This document shows positions 27,531 to 37,726 of a DNA stretch of 64,000 bases, piece after piece; positions within the stretch are counted from its first letter, which is position 1, and each line of letters begins with the position of its first letter. Where the stretch lies: sequence record PP712906.1; one strand, 5' to 3'. The notes under the pieces were generated by a model, which worked only from the letters and a program-made list of their open reading frames with translations, searched no databases and was not told the DNA's origin. Both the position numbers and the translations under genes were made by a program.

Positions 27531-27603
27531 TGCAACCAAAGTGCATTACTATCTGACACTTTGGAAAGATGATTTCCCATTAATTCAAAAATAACCAAAA
27601 AAA

Positions 27604-27671
27604 GGGTTGCTTCGGCAGCCCTTTTCTCGTATTATAGCTTTATCGAAACGAGATACGAAAGAGAGAACATT
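27604..27671 (+). promoter_or_regulatory. terminator/early-promoter cassette
   Basis: GGGTTGC-TTCG-GCAGCCC-TTTT; TATTAT at 27630; ATCGAAACGAGATACG. Confidence 0.85.
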
Positions 27672-27914
27672 ATGACTTCAGTAATCAACGAAAAATTCCT
27701 AGCAGTGATTCACGCAGCACAAGACGCAGTTGTTGCTGAAAATGCTTCTTTCGATTACGTAGCATCTAACGCTGAGATCGCAACTGACATTTGGCACAAT
27801 CACATGACTCCATTCGAGCGTCTAGAGTTTGTTCAGTTGTTCACTAACGAGTCTCTAGTGATTGAACGCCGTTACGACCTTGCGCTTTGGTTAATTGAAA
27901 ATTCTTTGAAATAA
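27672..27914 (+). CDS. hypothetical early protein
   Basis: ORF behind the cassette. Confidence 0.75.
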   Translation: MTSVINEKFLAVIHAAQDAVVAENASFDYVASNAEIATDIWHNHMTPFERLEFVQLFTNESLVIERRYDLALWLIENSLK

Positions 27915-27917
27915 TGC

Positions 27918-27946
27918 TTGACGAGTTTCACCAAAAAGCCGATAAT
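27918..27946 (+). promoter_or_regulatory. early promoter
   Basis: TTGACG - 17 - GATAAT. Confidence 0.65.
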
Positions 27947-27972
27947 AGCTACATCAAAACGAGGAGAACATT

Positions 27973-28263
27973 ATGAACTACACAACTGAAACAATCAAAG
28001 CATGTCTTGAACTAGTTGCAACTTTGAAATCAGACAAGATCACAAAAGGCAACGTAGAGAAGCTACGCGCTGCATATCGTGCGCAAGCTGACCAAGAAGT
28101 GTCTATTGCTATGTCTTCTATCTGTTCTATTGCAGAGCGTCATTTAGACCGCAAAGCAGCGAATCGTCCTGCAATGAGCAAGTGTGCTGAGTCTTACTTG
28201 AACTTTGATTGGCGTACAATCCCGGGTTGTGTTGGTTTTTCACGTGAAGTACTAGAGGTGTAA
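27973..28263 (+). CDS. hypothetical early protein
   Basis: GAGGAG RBS. Confidence 0.75.
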   Translation: MNYTTETIKACLELVATLKSDKITKGNVEKLRAAYRAQADQEVSIAMSSICSIAERHLDRKAANRPAMSKCAESYLNFDWRTIPGCVGFSREVLEV

Positions 28264-28264
28264 C

Positions 28265-28546
28265 ATGGTTAGTCTTTTAAAAGCAGTTAATAGCGAGTTC
28301 ACGAGCTATACAGGTCGTGTGCTGCCTGATGCGATTGCAAGTAAAGTCGCTCGTACATGTGAGCGAGAATATTGGGCTACGTTTTACATGCACGATTGCA
28401 CGTCACTAGACACCGCTGATCGTGATGTAGCTTTCGATCTCATTGCAAACGAGCTTGGTCTAGAAGATGGTTGGCCAATGTACGGATCGTCTGACGAGTA
28501 CAAAACAAAGTTTCAACAAGAACTTGAGAAATTGGAGTTAGCATGA
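28265..28546 (+). CDS. hypothetical protein
   Basis: GAGGTG RBS. Confidence 0.75.
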   Translation: MVSLLKAVNSEFTSYTGRVLPDAIASKVARTCEREYWATFYMHDCTSLDTADRDVAFDLIANELGLEDGWPMYGSSDEYKTKFQQELEKLELA

Positions 28547-28827
28547 GTCTAATAGGTAAAATCAAAGAATTTCTGTTCCCGACGATCACGCCGCCAGCAA
28601 TTGGTGATAAATTTCGTCAAATCGAGAAGAATTGGGTTGACGTTGATCGCGATTCAACTATAATCGTAATCACTAACGTATCGAAAGATGGTCGATACAT
28701 CAAATACGAGTTTACACAGATTGAAGGTAAGCCTGTAGCAGTCACACACGTTGGTAGAACATCATCAAGTGTTTCATATGAGTTCCCGACGCATCAACTT
28801 TATAGACTATTCGAGAAAGTAGAATGA
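28543..28827 (+). CDS. SH3-like protein, paralog family 1 of 3
   Basis: IGDKF...IVITNVSKDGRYIKY. Confidence 0.7.
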   Translation: MSLIGKIKEFLFPTITPPAIGDKFRQIEKNWVDVDRDSTIIVITNVSKDGRYIKYEFTQIEGKPVAVTHVGRTSSSVSYEFPTHQLYRLFEKVE

Positions 28828-29240
28828 CACGAATCAATTGTATGCCGGTTGAAACGCTCTCAGACAAGCATTTGCTTGCAGAGTACAAAGAGATAACCAG
28901 ACCGTTTAACAAGGTTGAGAAGCGCATACAAGCGCATACAATGGGTGATGTGAGCATTCCTGAGCACTACGTACTTGGTACAGGTCACGAAACGTTCTTT
29001 TTTGATAAGTTGCATTATCTTTACGTTCGTTATCGTGACTTGTGTGAAGAACTATTGCACCGCGGTGTGAATATCAACGTTGAACAGTTCGATGAAATCT
29101 GCGAATGGATTGAGAACACGTTTGTTGACACGCCGTATTGGAACTATTGGACACCGCGCCCAGAAGACATGTATTTGAACATGGCGCGACTTGTGAAGCG
29201 CAGCAACTTTGATGCTGCAAAAGCTGAAGCACTAAACTGA
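28824..29240 (+). CDS. denV: endonuclease V, pyrimidine-dimer DNA glycosylase
   Basis: MTRIN...L.DKHLLAEYKE..R...YVLGTGHETFFFDKL matches the T4 DenV pattern. Confidence 0.92.
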   Translation: MTRINCMPVETLSDKHLLAEYKEITRPFNKVEKRIQAHTMGDVSIPEHYVLGTGHETFFFDKLHYLYVRYRDLCEELLHRGVNINVEQFDEICEWIENTFVDTPYWNYWTPRPEDMYLNMARLVKRSNFDAAKAEALN

Positions 29241-29250
29241 GGAAATTATT

Positions 29251-29682
29251 ATGACACTAGCACATTTTCCACAAGACGAATTGCCTGAGCGTTTTGATTT
29301 TAAAATGCCTGACGAGCCTGAAACTCGAAAGACGCATTGCAAAGTAACTGAAGAGAAAGACAAGAACATCTTCAAGATCATCATGTTCTGGTTCTTCATG
29401 TCGATATTTGCAATCGGTGTAGCAGCGTTCTTTGGGTTTTTCAGCAAGATAGAAATCGGTGATCGTTATTACCTTCTGCAAGACGTGGGATGGGAACGCT
29501 CTCAGAGTGTATTATTCGGTATTGAAATCACAGACGTGAATTACGCAGCCGAGCGAGTACGGTACAAGTACATCAACTTAGATGCTGTAGATGAGAAAGA
29601 AATGGCGTTTAGTGCTTTGAAACGTTCTTACGTACCGGCTGACAGTGTTGAAATCAATCACTCTATGGAGAAAACAAAATGA
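29251..29682 (+). CDS. membrane-anchored SH3-like protein, paralog 2 of 3
   Basis: TM then IGDRY...IEITDV....VRYKY. Confidence 0.7.
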   Translation: MTLAHFPQDELPERFDFKMPDEPETRKTHCKVTEEKDKNIFKIIMFWFFMSIFAIGVAAFFGFFSKIEIGDRYYLLQDVGWERSQSVLFGIEITDVNYAAERVRYKYINLDAVDEKEMAFSALKRSYVPADSVEINHSMEKTK

Positions 29683-30032
29683 CAGCGACCAAATTCGTAG
29701 GCTCAATCGTAGCTGTATGGCTTGGTATTATATTTCTCGTAGCCATGAACATCACTGGGTATTCGTTATTCAAACCAGACATTAAAGTTGGTGACGTATA
29801 TCAGTCTGTCAAAGAAGCAGAATTTGCCAGTGACCCCGATGAAGTAACGATCATCGAAATCACTGAAATCAGCAAAGACGGCGATGACGTTCGTTACATT
29901 TACAAAATGATAGACAACAAGGCGTATGAAAACGACGATCCATATCATTGGAAAATGAAAAAGCGTTATATCTACCGTTACTATGAGAAACTTGATTATG
30001 AAAGCAACGCAAAAACAGATCGAACTATGTAA
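29679..30032 (+). CDS. membrane-anchored SH3-like protein, paralog 3 of 3
   Basis: TM then VGDVY...IEITEISKDGDDVRYIY. Confidence 0.7.
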   Translation: MTATKFVGSIVAVWLGIIFLVAMNITGYSLFKPDIKVGDVYQSVKEAEFASDPDEVTIIEITEISKDGDDVRYIYKMIDNKAYENDDPYHWKMKKRYIYRYYEKLDYESNAKTDRTM

Positions 30033-30222
30033 CTTACTCATTGACAACGGTGCTCCGTTTGAACTAAAACACCCACACGAAGATTCCATCGAAGCTGCTG
30101 ATCAGTTCATCAAAGCGAATCGTCATTATCTACAGCGTGGTATCGTCAAGCACGAGAACTATTATCACAAAGCAGTTGAGAACGGTTTGATGCCTGAAGA
30201 CATCGGTGTGTGGAATATGTAA
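29998..30222 (+). CDS. hypothetical protein
   Basis: Probable start MKATQKQ. Confidence 0.6.
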   Translation: MKATQKQIELCNLLIDNGAPFELKHPHEDSIEAADQFIKANRHYLQRGIVKHENYYHKAVENGLMPEDIGVWNM

Positions 30223-30285
30223 AAAGTGGTTGCAATGCCGAATCAGATGCGTATAATGAACTCATCAACTAAAGAGAGACACGTT

Positions 30286-30474
30286 ATGATTTTGAAATAC
30301 ATCATAATGCAATATGACGAAAAAGACGTGACGTATCATGATGAGTCTGTTTTCGACTATCAACCAATATTCGTATCGTATGATTCTGCTGAGGCAATTG
30401 CCAAACTTGAATTGATGCGAAGATCTGAAACTAAAACACGTTGGTTTGCTTGCCACGTTGAGGAAGAGAAATGA
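30286..30474 (+). CDS. hypothetical protein
   Basis: Behind the TTGCAA...TATAAT promoter (30230-30257) and a GAGAG RBS. Confidence 0.65.
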   Translation: MILKYIIMQYDEKDVTYHDESVFDYQPIFVSYDSAEAIAKLELMRRSETKTRWFACHVEEEK

Positions 30475-30681
30475 GCTTTAAAACACGAGTACAAATTTGG
30501 CGCGTCGCACGAGTCATTGTGATGTTCACTTACAATCTCTCGGTCGCTATCTCGCGTAGCTTCTAACACACGAGGGATGGTATGCAGTTCACGCTATCCC
30601 TAAACGACTTATCACCAATGGGATTCGACGAGTTCAACAAAGCCGTCGATAAAGTCAGGGAAGAATCAGAGGAAGAAAATT

Positions 30682-30906
30682 ATGAAAGTAGTATACGAAA
30701 ATGCGACAAAGCACGAGAAAGGTCTGCTTGTTTACTTGCATTTCAATGACGAGACTGAATATCGTGTTGGTAAGAATGGCACTGTTCAGCGTGGTAAGTC
30801 GTTTCACGGCAAAGTAAAGCGCGGTGAAAAGGTCTACGCAAACGAACATGTTGTCGGTCACAAAAGCAACACGCTTGAAGAAGCGAACAAGCGAGTATTC
30901 AAATGA
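30682..30906 (+). CDS. hypothetical protein
   Basis: GAGGA RBS. Confidence 0.7.
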   Translation: MKVVYENATKHEKGLLVYLHFNDETEYRVGKNGTVQRGKSFHGKVKRGEKVYANEHVVGHKSNTLEEANKRVFK

Positions 30907-31286
30907 ACGATAACGAACTAAAAGGCTTACCAACTGACATCGACTTGCTAGAAACAGCAATTCAGTTGCTCAAAGCAAAACCTTATGATCAGCGCCGTTT
31001 AGAGCATTTAGCAAATGTCATGACTCGCGTTCAGCCTCAAGTGCTCAAGCGAAAAGCTGAACTTGATTGCTGGGCAGTGAAGCCATTCACCAGAATGGAC
31101 ATGAAAAAGCTACAAATCGTACCAACGAACGGTGTGTTTTACCAAGATCAATTGATTCACACGTACGATAAAGACGCTCAAGCGTTTCACATGCTTGATT
31201 ATTTCAAAGAGAACGACATCAAATCATACGGTGAGTTTCTTGACCATCTTAGCGAATTGGAGAATAAAGTATGCACGCAGGTGTAA
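30903..31286 (+). CDS. hypothetical protein
   Basis: ATGA-coupled. Confidence 0.7.
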   Translation: MNDNELKGLPTDIDLLETAIQLLKAKPYDQRRLEHLANVMTRVQPQVLKRKAELDCWAVKPFTRMDMKKLQIVPTNGVFYQDQLIHTYDKDAQAFHMLDYFKENDIKSYGEFLDHLSELENKVCTQV

Positions 31287-32251
31287 TTGGCAAGTTCAAC
31301 AACTATCATCAAGGTCATTTCAAACTGATCAAGTTCGCGCTATCGCTTGCAGACAAAGTAACTGTTTTGCTTTGCACTGAAGACAGCGATCCAATTCCAG
31401 TTGAAACACGCATGAAATGGATGCACCAAGATTTCGGTAATCGTATTCGCATTAGTGTAATCTGCCCGAGTGATGAAAATCTCTCGAACAAATCAGAGTC
31501 TGATCGCGAAGTATCAAAGCAGTGGGCTGCTTTTATCGACGAGCGTTACCCTGAAATTGATGCATTCGTTGGTTCTGAGCAATACATCAATTACTGTGCT
31601 GAGTACGGTAACTTTGACGGAATCATTTACGATGAAGCGCGAGAAATCACACCTTGCTCAAGCACTTCGGTTCGCGAGAACGATTCTCACGAGTTCTACA
31701 GCCCGAGCGCACAACAAGACCGAGTACGTCGAATTGCATTCATCGGTCCCGAGTCTTGTGGTAAGTCATGGAACGCAGCATCAATCGCAGCCGCTAACGG
31801 TTATGAACTTGTACTCGAAGCAGCACGCGACATCATGAGCGACAATCACTACACTGAACACGATGTTCTTGAGTTCGCGATTGCACAAACTGCACGAATC
31901 GAAGCAACCGGTAAAGAAAGTGACACTGTAATCGTTGATTCTTCAGCTATTACGTCGGCAGTTTACAGTCAGTTTCAATTCAATCAATCATCGGTTCTTC
32001 TGAATGCATTAGCTGCTTTTGAAAACATTGATGCTTATGTACTCTTCCGACCAAACTGTGAGTTTGTTCAAGACGGGACTCGTACACAGACGCAAGAAGA
32101 CCGCGAACGCTGGTTTGAACTTGCAAAGTCTATGCTTCTTCGATTGAACAAGCCATTCTTGATTGTTCAGAAAGGCAATGATTGGGAAGAACGTTTACAC
32201 GAAACGGCAAGTCATGTTTCACTACTGAGAGATAAAGTAAAATGGGTATAA
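31271..32251 (+). CDS. nadR: NadR-like NMN adenylyltransferase / ribosylnicotinamide kinase (no HTH)
   Basis: GKFNNYHQGH (HxGH) domain plus P-loop GPESCGKS; FVQDGTR. Confidence 0.88.
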   Translation: MHAGVIGKFNNYHQGHFKLIKFALSLADKVTVLLCTEDSDPIPVETRMKWMHQDFGNRIRISVICPSDENLSNKSESDREVSKQWAAFIDERYPEIDAFVGSEQYINYCAEYGNFDGIIYDEAREITPCSSTSVRENDSHEFYSPSAQQDRVRRIAFIGPESCGKSWNAASIAAANGYELVLEAARDIMSDNHYTEHDVLEFAIAQTARIEATGKESDTVIVDSSAITSAVYSQFQFNQSSVLLNALAAFENIDAYVLFRPNCEFVQDGTRTQTQEDRERWFELAKSMLLRLNKPFLIVQKGNDWEERLHETASHVSLLRDKVKWV

Positions 32252-32333
32252 TCTGGATTTCAAATATTGCGATTGTCGTCGCGACGTTACTTGTGACATT
32301 CATCATCAAGTGTGTGTTCATGGTCGACATTGG

Positions 32334-32579
32334 ATGGAACGTTACTTAGACAAACTACAACGCTTTAAGTACCGTCATTTGTTCACTCGTGAAGTTCATG
32401 AATATTTCGAAGACCACAAACACGACGATATGCCATTCTGGTGTTTTTCGTTCATCATTCTTGATATAGTATGTTTGGGAGTATTGTGGTTAATCGCACA
32501 CTTTGCGCCAGTTGTTGCAGTGGTTGTATTACTGCTTGCTCTAATTCGAATCATTGTGATTAAGGTGAAAAAATGTTAG
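32334..32579 (+). CDS. membrane protein
   Basis: Two C-terminal TM segments. Confidence 0.65.
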   Translation: MERYLDKLQRFKYRHLFTREVHEYFEDHKHDDMPFWCFSFIILDIVCLGVLWLIAHFAPVVAVVVLLLALIRIIVIKVKKC

Positions 32580-32917
32580 TCAAGACGATTTCTTCAATCC
32601 TTCTACTGGCGTGGTTAATCAACTTAGCTATACCAGTAGTTCTATCACTCGGCGGGTCATTGATCAACTTCATGTTCCGCAGTGAAATCCCGTTTGTTAA
32701 ATGGGCTGAATCATACCAAGAGTTCAAATATGGATGGCTATTTGGGCCATACATGGAAGGTGACGATCACGCAATTGCGTTTTTCATGCTTGATTTGATT
32801 GTAGGATTCATAGTAACATTAATCAGCTTGTGGCTGATTGAGCAAAGCATCGTCGTGTGGCTGATTATCGCCATGCCATTCATTGTCCGATTCATTACAG
32901 GGTTGATTAAAAAATGA
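32573..32917 (+). CDS. membrane protein
   Basis: Hydrophobic ORF; AAGGTG RBS. Confidence 0.7.
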   Translation: MLVKTISSILLLAWLINLAIPVVLSLGGSLINFMFRSEIPFVKWAESYQEFKYGWLFGPYMEGDDHAIAFFMLDLIVGFIVTLISLWLIEQSIVVWLIIAMPFIVRFITGLIKK

Positions 32918-33180
32918 GTTTAGCAAATTACACCGAGAACGCTCTTCGCGAAGAACTACAACGTCGCGAAGCTGAACGCGAACTACTTGGTAGCATTCAA
33001 GTAGTACTTGACAAGACACCGGTTCAAGAAGTTGAAACACGACTAGTCAATTTGGCTAAATCATACCTCGAAGATGAATTGCAAGATCGAGAAATCGACA
33101 CGCAATATGCATATGAAGAGATTATGATGCTCGTATACGGTAAAGACGTGTTTGATAAACTGAATCGTCTTCGTCGCTAA
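32914..33180 (+). CDS. hypothetical protein
   Basis: ATGA-coupled. Confidence 0.75.
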   Translation: MSLANYTENALREELQRREAERELLGSIQVVLDKTPVQEVETRLVNLAKSYLEDELQDREIDTQYAYEEIMMLVYGKDVFDKLNRLRR

Positions 33181-33204
33181 CAATTACTTTGAGAGAAATA
33201 TATC

Positions 33205-33870
33205 ATGTTTGATTTACTGTTTAACATTAACCACACTGTGTTTTCAATTGGTGATTATGCAGTGTCTGGTCTAGAACTCTGGGCAACTCTTACTGGTTTG
33301 ATTTGTGTCATCATGGCACGAATGAATATGAAGCACAACTTCACAGTCGGCATTGTGAACTGTATCGGGTTCGCAATTCTGTTCTTCCAGATTCAGTTGT
33401 ATAGTGACGTGCTCTTGCAGGGGTTCTTCATTGCAATGTCGATCTTCGGCTTCTATCAATGGAACAAGCAAGGTACAGATGAAGTCAAAATCCGTTACTT
33501 GAAGATGCGTAAATTCGCAGGTTCGATTATAGCGACGTTGATTGGTACTGCGGCACTCGCGTACTTCATCGACCCGATTATGAACTTCAGTGGTTCACTG
33601 CTTGTTACCGATTACGTACACGCCCCTGCTGAACTCGCTGTGCAAGATGCATTCACGACTGTAGCAAGTATCATGGCATTTATGCTCATGATTCAGCGTA
33701 AAGTCGAAGCATGGTGGTACTGGGTTGCAGTAAACGTAGTGTGCATTGTGAACTACAGCACGCAGGGCGTAATTGTAGTTGCTGCTGAATACTGCATTTT
33801 CCTAGCAAACGCGCTTTATGCAATCGTAATCTGGCATAAAGAAGGCATGAAAAACGAGGCACAAGCATGA
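33205..33870 (+). CDS. pnuC: nicotinamide riboside transporter
   Basis: Multi-TM; ELWA..TGLICV, LYSDVLLQ.FF, GFYQW, DAFTTVAS and RKVEAWWYW. Confidence 0.92.
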   Translation: MFDLLFNINHTVFSIGDYAVSGLELWATLTGLICVIMARMNMKHNFTVGIVNCIGFAILFFQIQLYSDVLLQGFFIAMSIFGFYQWNKQGTDEVKIRYLKMRKFAGSIIATLIGTAALAYFIDPIMNFSGSLLVTDYVHAPAELAVQDAFTTVASIMAFMLMIQRKVEAWWYWVAVNVVCIVNYSTQGVIVVAAEYCIFLANALYAIVIWHKEGMKNEAQA

Positions 33871-34115
33871 GTACATGGGACGAAGTGAAAGACGCTGTAA
33901 ACGGCGTCTTCAAAACAACTGGTGAATTCACAAAACGATTCCCAGATACTGACGTTGTAGCAGTTGTCTTTGATAACGCACTACCGCAAGCACTAGACAA
34001 AGCGTTGCAGCTTGCATTCATTCACAATCTCGACCGTAACAGCGTTGATTGTCAAGTCATGTTAAACGGTTACGAGCAACTAAAAACAAAAGGTTGGATT
34101 GGCGATGGTTGTTAA
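33867..34115 (+). CDS. hypothetical protein
   Basis: ATGA-coupled. Confidence 0.7.
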   Translation: MSTWDEVKDAVNGVFKTTGEFTKRFPDTDVVAVVFDNALPQALDKALQLAFIHNLDRNSVDCQVMLNGYEQLKTKGWIGDGC

Positions 34116-34392
34116 AGGGTTACCTGTTTATCTAGTCGGCGCACCGTGCATCATGATTGATGCGCAAACCAAAGCACCGCTCAACGGCACTGAAGGTGAT
34201 GTCGAAAAGCAAGTATTGGAAATGCGAAGCTTCTTGAGCAAGCCGAACTGGTGGCTTGAGAAAGTACTTGAAGAACTCGCTGACGGTGCGATTCAAGAAG
34301 GCGCAACTGCCCTGTACTTGTATGACGTTGATCATCACGCAGAAATCCCGGGTACTGGTATCATTTACAGAATTCGCGGGGCGTGGGCATGA
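34105..34392 (+). CDS. hypothetical protein
   Basis: Overlapping ORF in operon. Confidence 0.65.
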   Translation: MVVKGLPVYLVGAPCIMIDAQTKAPLNGTEGDVEKQVLEMRSFLSKPNWWLEKVLEELADGAIQEGATALYLYDVDHHAEIPGTGIIYRIRGAWA

Positions 34393-34886
34393 CATATCGA
34401 AAGTTCAACTTACGTGAGAACTTCGAACACTGTACTGAAGAGCAAATGACCGATTTACATTTCGTCTTTGATAAAGTCGAACCTTATTGGCGAGATTGCA
34501 AAATGCTAACCGAAGAGCAACGTTTTCGTTTAGCTCAGTGTCATGCAATGGCGGTTGTTCGAACGTTGAAGAACGCGATTATCGACGGCAAGCGTAATCG
34601 TATTATGAATCGACTACGACAAGAAGAAGCGGATCGACTATACAATGGCGATCAATCAAAGCTATACTTGTACTACCCGCACCACTTAGTTGATGAAGAG
34701 TATCCGTTTCGCGCTGAATGGTGGGTAAGCTATTGCGAACAAGATATTGAAAACATCGAAATCGCGCTTCAGAAAAGTCGCTATAGTGAAGGTCGCTTTA
34801 TGAGCCGTGACCGTTATCACCTTGAAACGATGATGGAAGTTTTTGATGTAGTACGTGAAAAACTTGAAAGAAGATTCTTGATGTAG
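34389..34886 (+). CDS. hypothetical protein
   Basis: ATGA-coupled. Confidence 0.75.
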   Translation: MTYRKFNLRENFEHCTEEQMTDLHFVFDKVEPYWRDCKMLTEEQRFRLAQCHAMAVVRTLKNAIIDGKRNRIMNRLRQEEADRLYNGDQSKLYLYYPHHLVDEEYPFRAEWWVSYCEQDIENIEIALQKSRYSEGRFMSRDRYHLETMMEVFDVVREKLERRFLM

Positions 34887-34926
34887 CGATTTGATTCGTG
34901 TATACTCTTAAAAAAAGGAGTATCAC

Positions 34927-35121
34927 ATGAACCAAGTACCAGATTTAATCTTCCATCTAATGAACGACAATGAAATCATCACAATGTGTTTCATTGTCGT
35001 TCTAACACTCGTGATAATGCACGCGATTACGTTTAAGAATTGCGCTGTGTTATTCATTTCATCATTCATTCACGGCATCATGACGTTTGTTGCCTTATTC
35101 TATACGCCTATGGGAGGCTAA
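34927..35121 (+). CDS. small membrane protein
   Basis: AAGGAG RBS; 2 TM segments. Confidence 0.7.
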   Translation: MNQVPDLIFHLMNDNEIITMCFIVVLTLVIMHAITFKNCAVLFISSFIHGIMTFVALFYTPMGG

Positions 35122-35122
35122 T

Positions 35123-35392
35123 ATGAGCGCACCTAGTACTGCACATTTCTTCGCTGTTCATGAGAATGGCGAGCGAGAACATTTAGGTCATATTTTCTGC
35201 AACTGTGGTTGGTTCTTTCATGAAGAACACTTCTTGGCTGATATTGCAGACGACATCGAACGCAGTCAGATTCTAAACGGCACTATGAAGAAAGGGGTTG
35301 AATGGGATTATGTCGTTGCATACGGGATGGCATGGTCAAAAGAGACTGTTATGAGCCACTTACCAGAACTCGCACTCGTGAGAGGTGAGTAA
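35123..35392 (+). CDS. hypothetical protein
   Basis: GGAGG RBS. Confidence 0.7.
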   Translation: MSAPSTAHFFAVHENGEREHLGHIFCNCGWFFHEEHFLADIADDIERSQILNGTMKKGVEWDYVVAYGMAWSKETVMSHLPELALVRGE

Positions 35393-35610
35393 TGTTAGAT
35401 GCATTGCATTTCACTATCATTAAATCGCCATTGTTATTCACCATCATTGCGATTATTCTAGCCGCGCTCATCATGGGAATTTGTGAATCGCTAGATGAGA
35501 TTGTTTACAACGAAGATGCTGGTATTGTCATCCCTATCTTATTGGCGTTCATTGTCGCATTCGGTTCTATCGTGTATTGCGGCATTTTCTATGAACCATC
35601 ATACTTCTAA
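35392..35610 (+). CDS. small membrane protein
   Basis: TAATG overlap; 2 TM segments. Confidence 0.7.
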   Translation: MLDALHFTIIKSPLLFTIIAIILAALIMGICESLDEIVYNEDAGIVIPILLAFIVAFGSIVYCGIFYEPSYF

Positions 35611-35631
35611 GACGCTTCGGCGTCTTTTTTT
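35609..35631 (+). terminator. intrinsic terminator
   Basis: AAGACGC-TTCG-GCGTCTT-TTTT. Confidence 0.9.
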
Positions 35632-35660
35632 GTATCTGAGAAAAATATTTGAAAAAGTGG

Positions 35661-35723
35661 TTGCATTGCATGTCGTTTATGCCTAATATAGCTTCATCGA
35701 AACGAGATACGAAAGAGAACATT
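35661..35723 (+). promoter_or_regulatory. early promoter with ATCGAAACGAGATACG leader
   Basis: TTGCAT - 17 - TAATAT. Confidence 0.8.
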
Positions 35724-36110
35724 ATGAAAACTCATCTACGCGACAATGCAGTAACAAGCACGACTCACATTGAACTTGAAATCACGACACCTGTTCTTGG
35801 TTGGTTCAACAATGAATTCAATCAAGCTGACGGTTGGGTGATTGTTGCACTTGACGAGTTCGAAAAAGCGTTTCTTGAGAATGCATCAATCGATCACTCT
35901 CGCGTGTATCGTGTAATGAACGATGACCGCACCAGCTTGTGTCGCATCGACGTTGAAAAAGAGACATATGCTTTTCTTGACAACGCTGAACTAATGGAAA
36001 CTGGCATGTACAAGTTCGAGCGTCCTGCGAAATACCGCTCACTGTACATTGACAGCAAGAATGAACTATTCAACCAAGGGAAAAAACATGTTAAAGTTAA
36101 CTGTATTTGA
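35724..36110 (+). CDS. hypothetical early protein
   Basis: Start reassigned to MKTHL. Confidence 0.75.
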   Translation: MKTHLRDNAVTSTTHIELEITTPVLGWFNNEFNQADGWVIVALDEFEKAFLENASIDHSRVYRVMNDDRTSLCRIDVEKETYAFLDNAELMETGMYKFERPAKYRSLYIDSKNELFNQGKKHVKVNCI

Positions 36111-36318
36111 TATTGAAACAATTGTACAGGTCGGTATGCCGATTCGAGTGCAGAATGTGCGCACCGAAGAAGTATTTACGACGCATGTCGGCTTGATTCG
36201 CGGTCACTTCGTTGCAGTGTATGACGATGACAGCATTTACATTTTCACTGACGGCACTCGCTTAGATGAAACTGAGCTATTTCGTCTAGCTGACAACGCA
36301 ACCCTAACACACATTTAA
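36088..36318 (+). CDS. hypothetical protein
   Basis: Probable start MLKLTV. Confidence 0.65.
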   Translation: MLKLTVFDIETIVQVGMPIRVQNVRTEEVFTTHVGLIRGHFVAVYDDDSIYIFTDGTRLDETELFRLADNATLTHI

Positions 36319-36328
36319 GGAAAACATC

Positions 36329-36568
36329 ATGTTTGGTTTTGTAGAAGATATTTTTGACAGCGCAGTTAACACAGTAGACGACTTTATCAACGATCCGATT
36401 GGTCAGACTGTGCATCATGCAACTTCACCTATTCGCGACGCTGCCGAGATCATCGACGGTCTAACTGAAGGCGAAATCAGAGGCATGGCTATTGCACGAC
36501 TAGGGGCAGATGTCGCGGCTGGCATGGCAATTTCTGAAATCATCGAAGTACTTGAGTTGGGAGAATAA
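36329..36568 (+). CDS. small acidic hypothetical protein
   Basis: AAGGA RBS. Confidence 0.7.
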   Translation: MFGFVEDIFDSAVNTVDDFINDPIGQTVHHATSPIRDAAEIIDGLTEGEIRGMAIARLGADVAAGMAISEIIEVLELGE

Positions 36569-36569
36569 T

Positions 36570-36839
36570 ATGAAACAAAGTATCTGGCTACCACATGTAA
36601 CGTTAACTTACTTTCATGCATTCTTATTATTAGTCAACTTGTGGACTGCTTCGGGAATCTACGAACATTCTGTACCAATGCTAATCGGTCTAATACCTGG
36701 CATGGCTATCGGTCTGAGCGTCATGCTTGTAGTGAATCTGTATGAAAAGAACTCAGAAACGTTTATCGCAGACGTTAAAAAGCCAATTCAACTACTTCTT
36801 ACCAAGATTCGCGGTAAGATAGGTAAGAAAGATGTCTAA
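36570..36839 (+). CDS. membrane protein
   Basis: GGAG RBS; 2 TM segments. Confidence 0.65.
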   Translation: MKQSIWLPHVTLTYFHAFLLLVNLWTASGIYEHSVPMLIGLIPGMAIGLSVMLVVNLYEKNSETFIADVKKPIQLLLTKIRGKIGKKDV

Positions 36840-36988
36840 AGCAATCTTCACGCTATTTCGAATAGTATCAATCTACGGGGTTGGTGTGGTGACACCGACT
36901 CTATATGCAAGCAACCCGTTGACAGTTATCGCGCCAGCTATGGTCGTTATCGGATTTGGAATTTCACTAATCTCGGATGTAGTATCAA

Positions 36989-37726
36989 ATGAAAAAAACT
37001 AAAATCACAGCACAAGTCGGTATGATGTCTCTTTGTGGTGTATCAGGTTCATTCCCATTCTCACACGGTAATTACTGTAGCAACACACAAGGCTATTACT
37101 TTGTCAATCTATGGGCCGAGAATCTTAAACATCTAGTAGCTAACGATTACTTGCCCGACGGGCAAATCGAAGTGTTACTGTTTAGAGATAATAAGCGCCA
37201 GAACTACGTTTATGCCTACGTTATTGACGAGCGTGTGCCGAAAGAAGCACTCCATGCGCCATACTTCTGTGGTATTGCGACCTCAGTTGAGATCATGCGC
37301 TACCATCATCAAACGCCAGACGATAAATGTCTATGCTATTCTGAAGACCACAGATTGCTTAGTATGCGTTCGCAAGACATGAAAGGTCGTTCAGTACGGC
37401 ATTGCCCTGAGTGTGACACTCGCTACACGATTCAGCTACCAAGGCGCAACGATGTCTTTCGTGTTCAGACGTTCTCCGAGGATGGTTGGCACAATTGGAA
37501 TCTGTTCTATCACAAAGACGGTGTTTTCTACACAATTCCCGAAAACGAGCCGGTAGCTGCCGAAGACATCATCAAGGTCGACGCGAAACCTGTCAGTAAC
37601 TTCGGTACTGGCGAAGAACAGCAAGCGGCAATCTCGCTTGAAGAGTTCAACTTCAGCGGCGTTGTTGAGAAAGCTGTCCCGAAAATCGAGAATGGTCAGA
37701 CTCGATATGAAGTTGTACAAAAATAG
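36989..37726 (+). CDS. hypothetical protein
   Basis: 245-aa ORF with CLC...CPEC. Confidence 0.75.
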   Translation: MKKTKITAQVGMMSLCGVSGSFPFSHGNYCSNTQGYYFVNLWAENLKHLVANDYLPDGQIEVLLFRDNKRQNYVYAYVIDERVPKEALHAPYFCGIATSVEIMRYHHQTPDDKCLCYSEDHRLLSMRSQDMKGRSVRHCPECDTRYTIQLPRRNDVFRVQTFSEDGWHNWNLFYHKDGVFYTIPENEPVAAEDIIKVDAKPVSNFGTGEEQQAAISLEEFNFSGVVEKAVPKIENGQTRYEVVQK

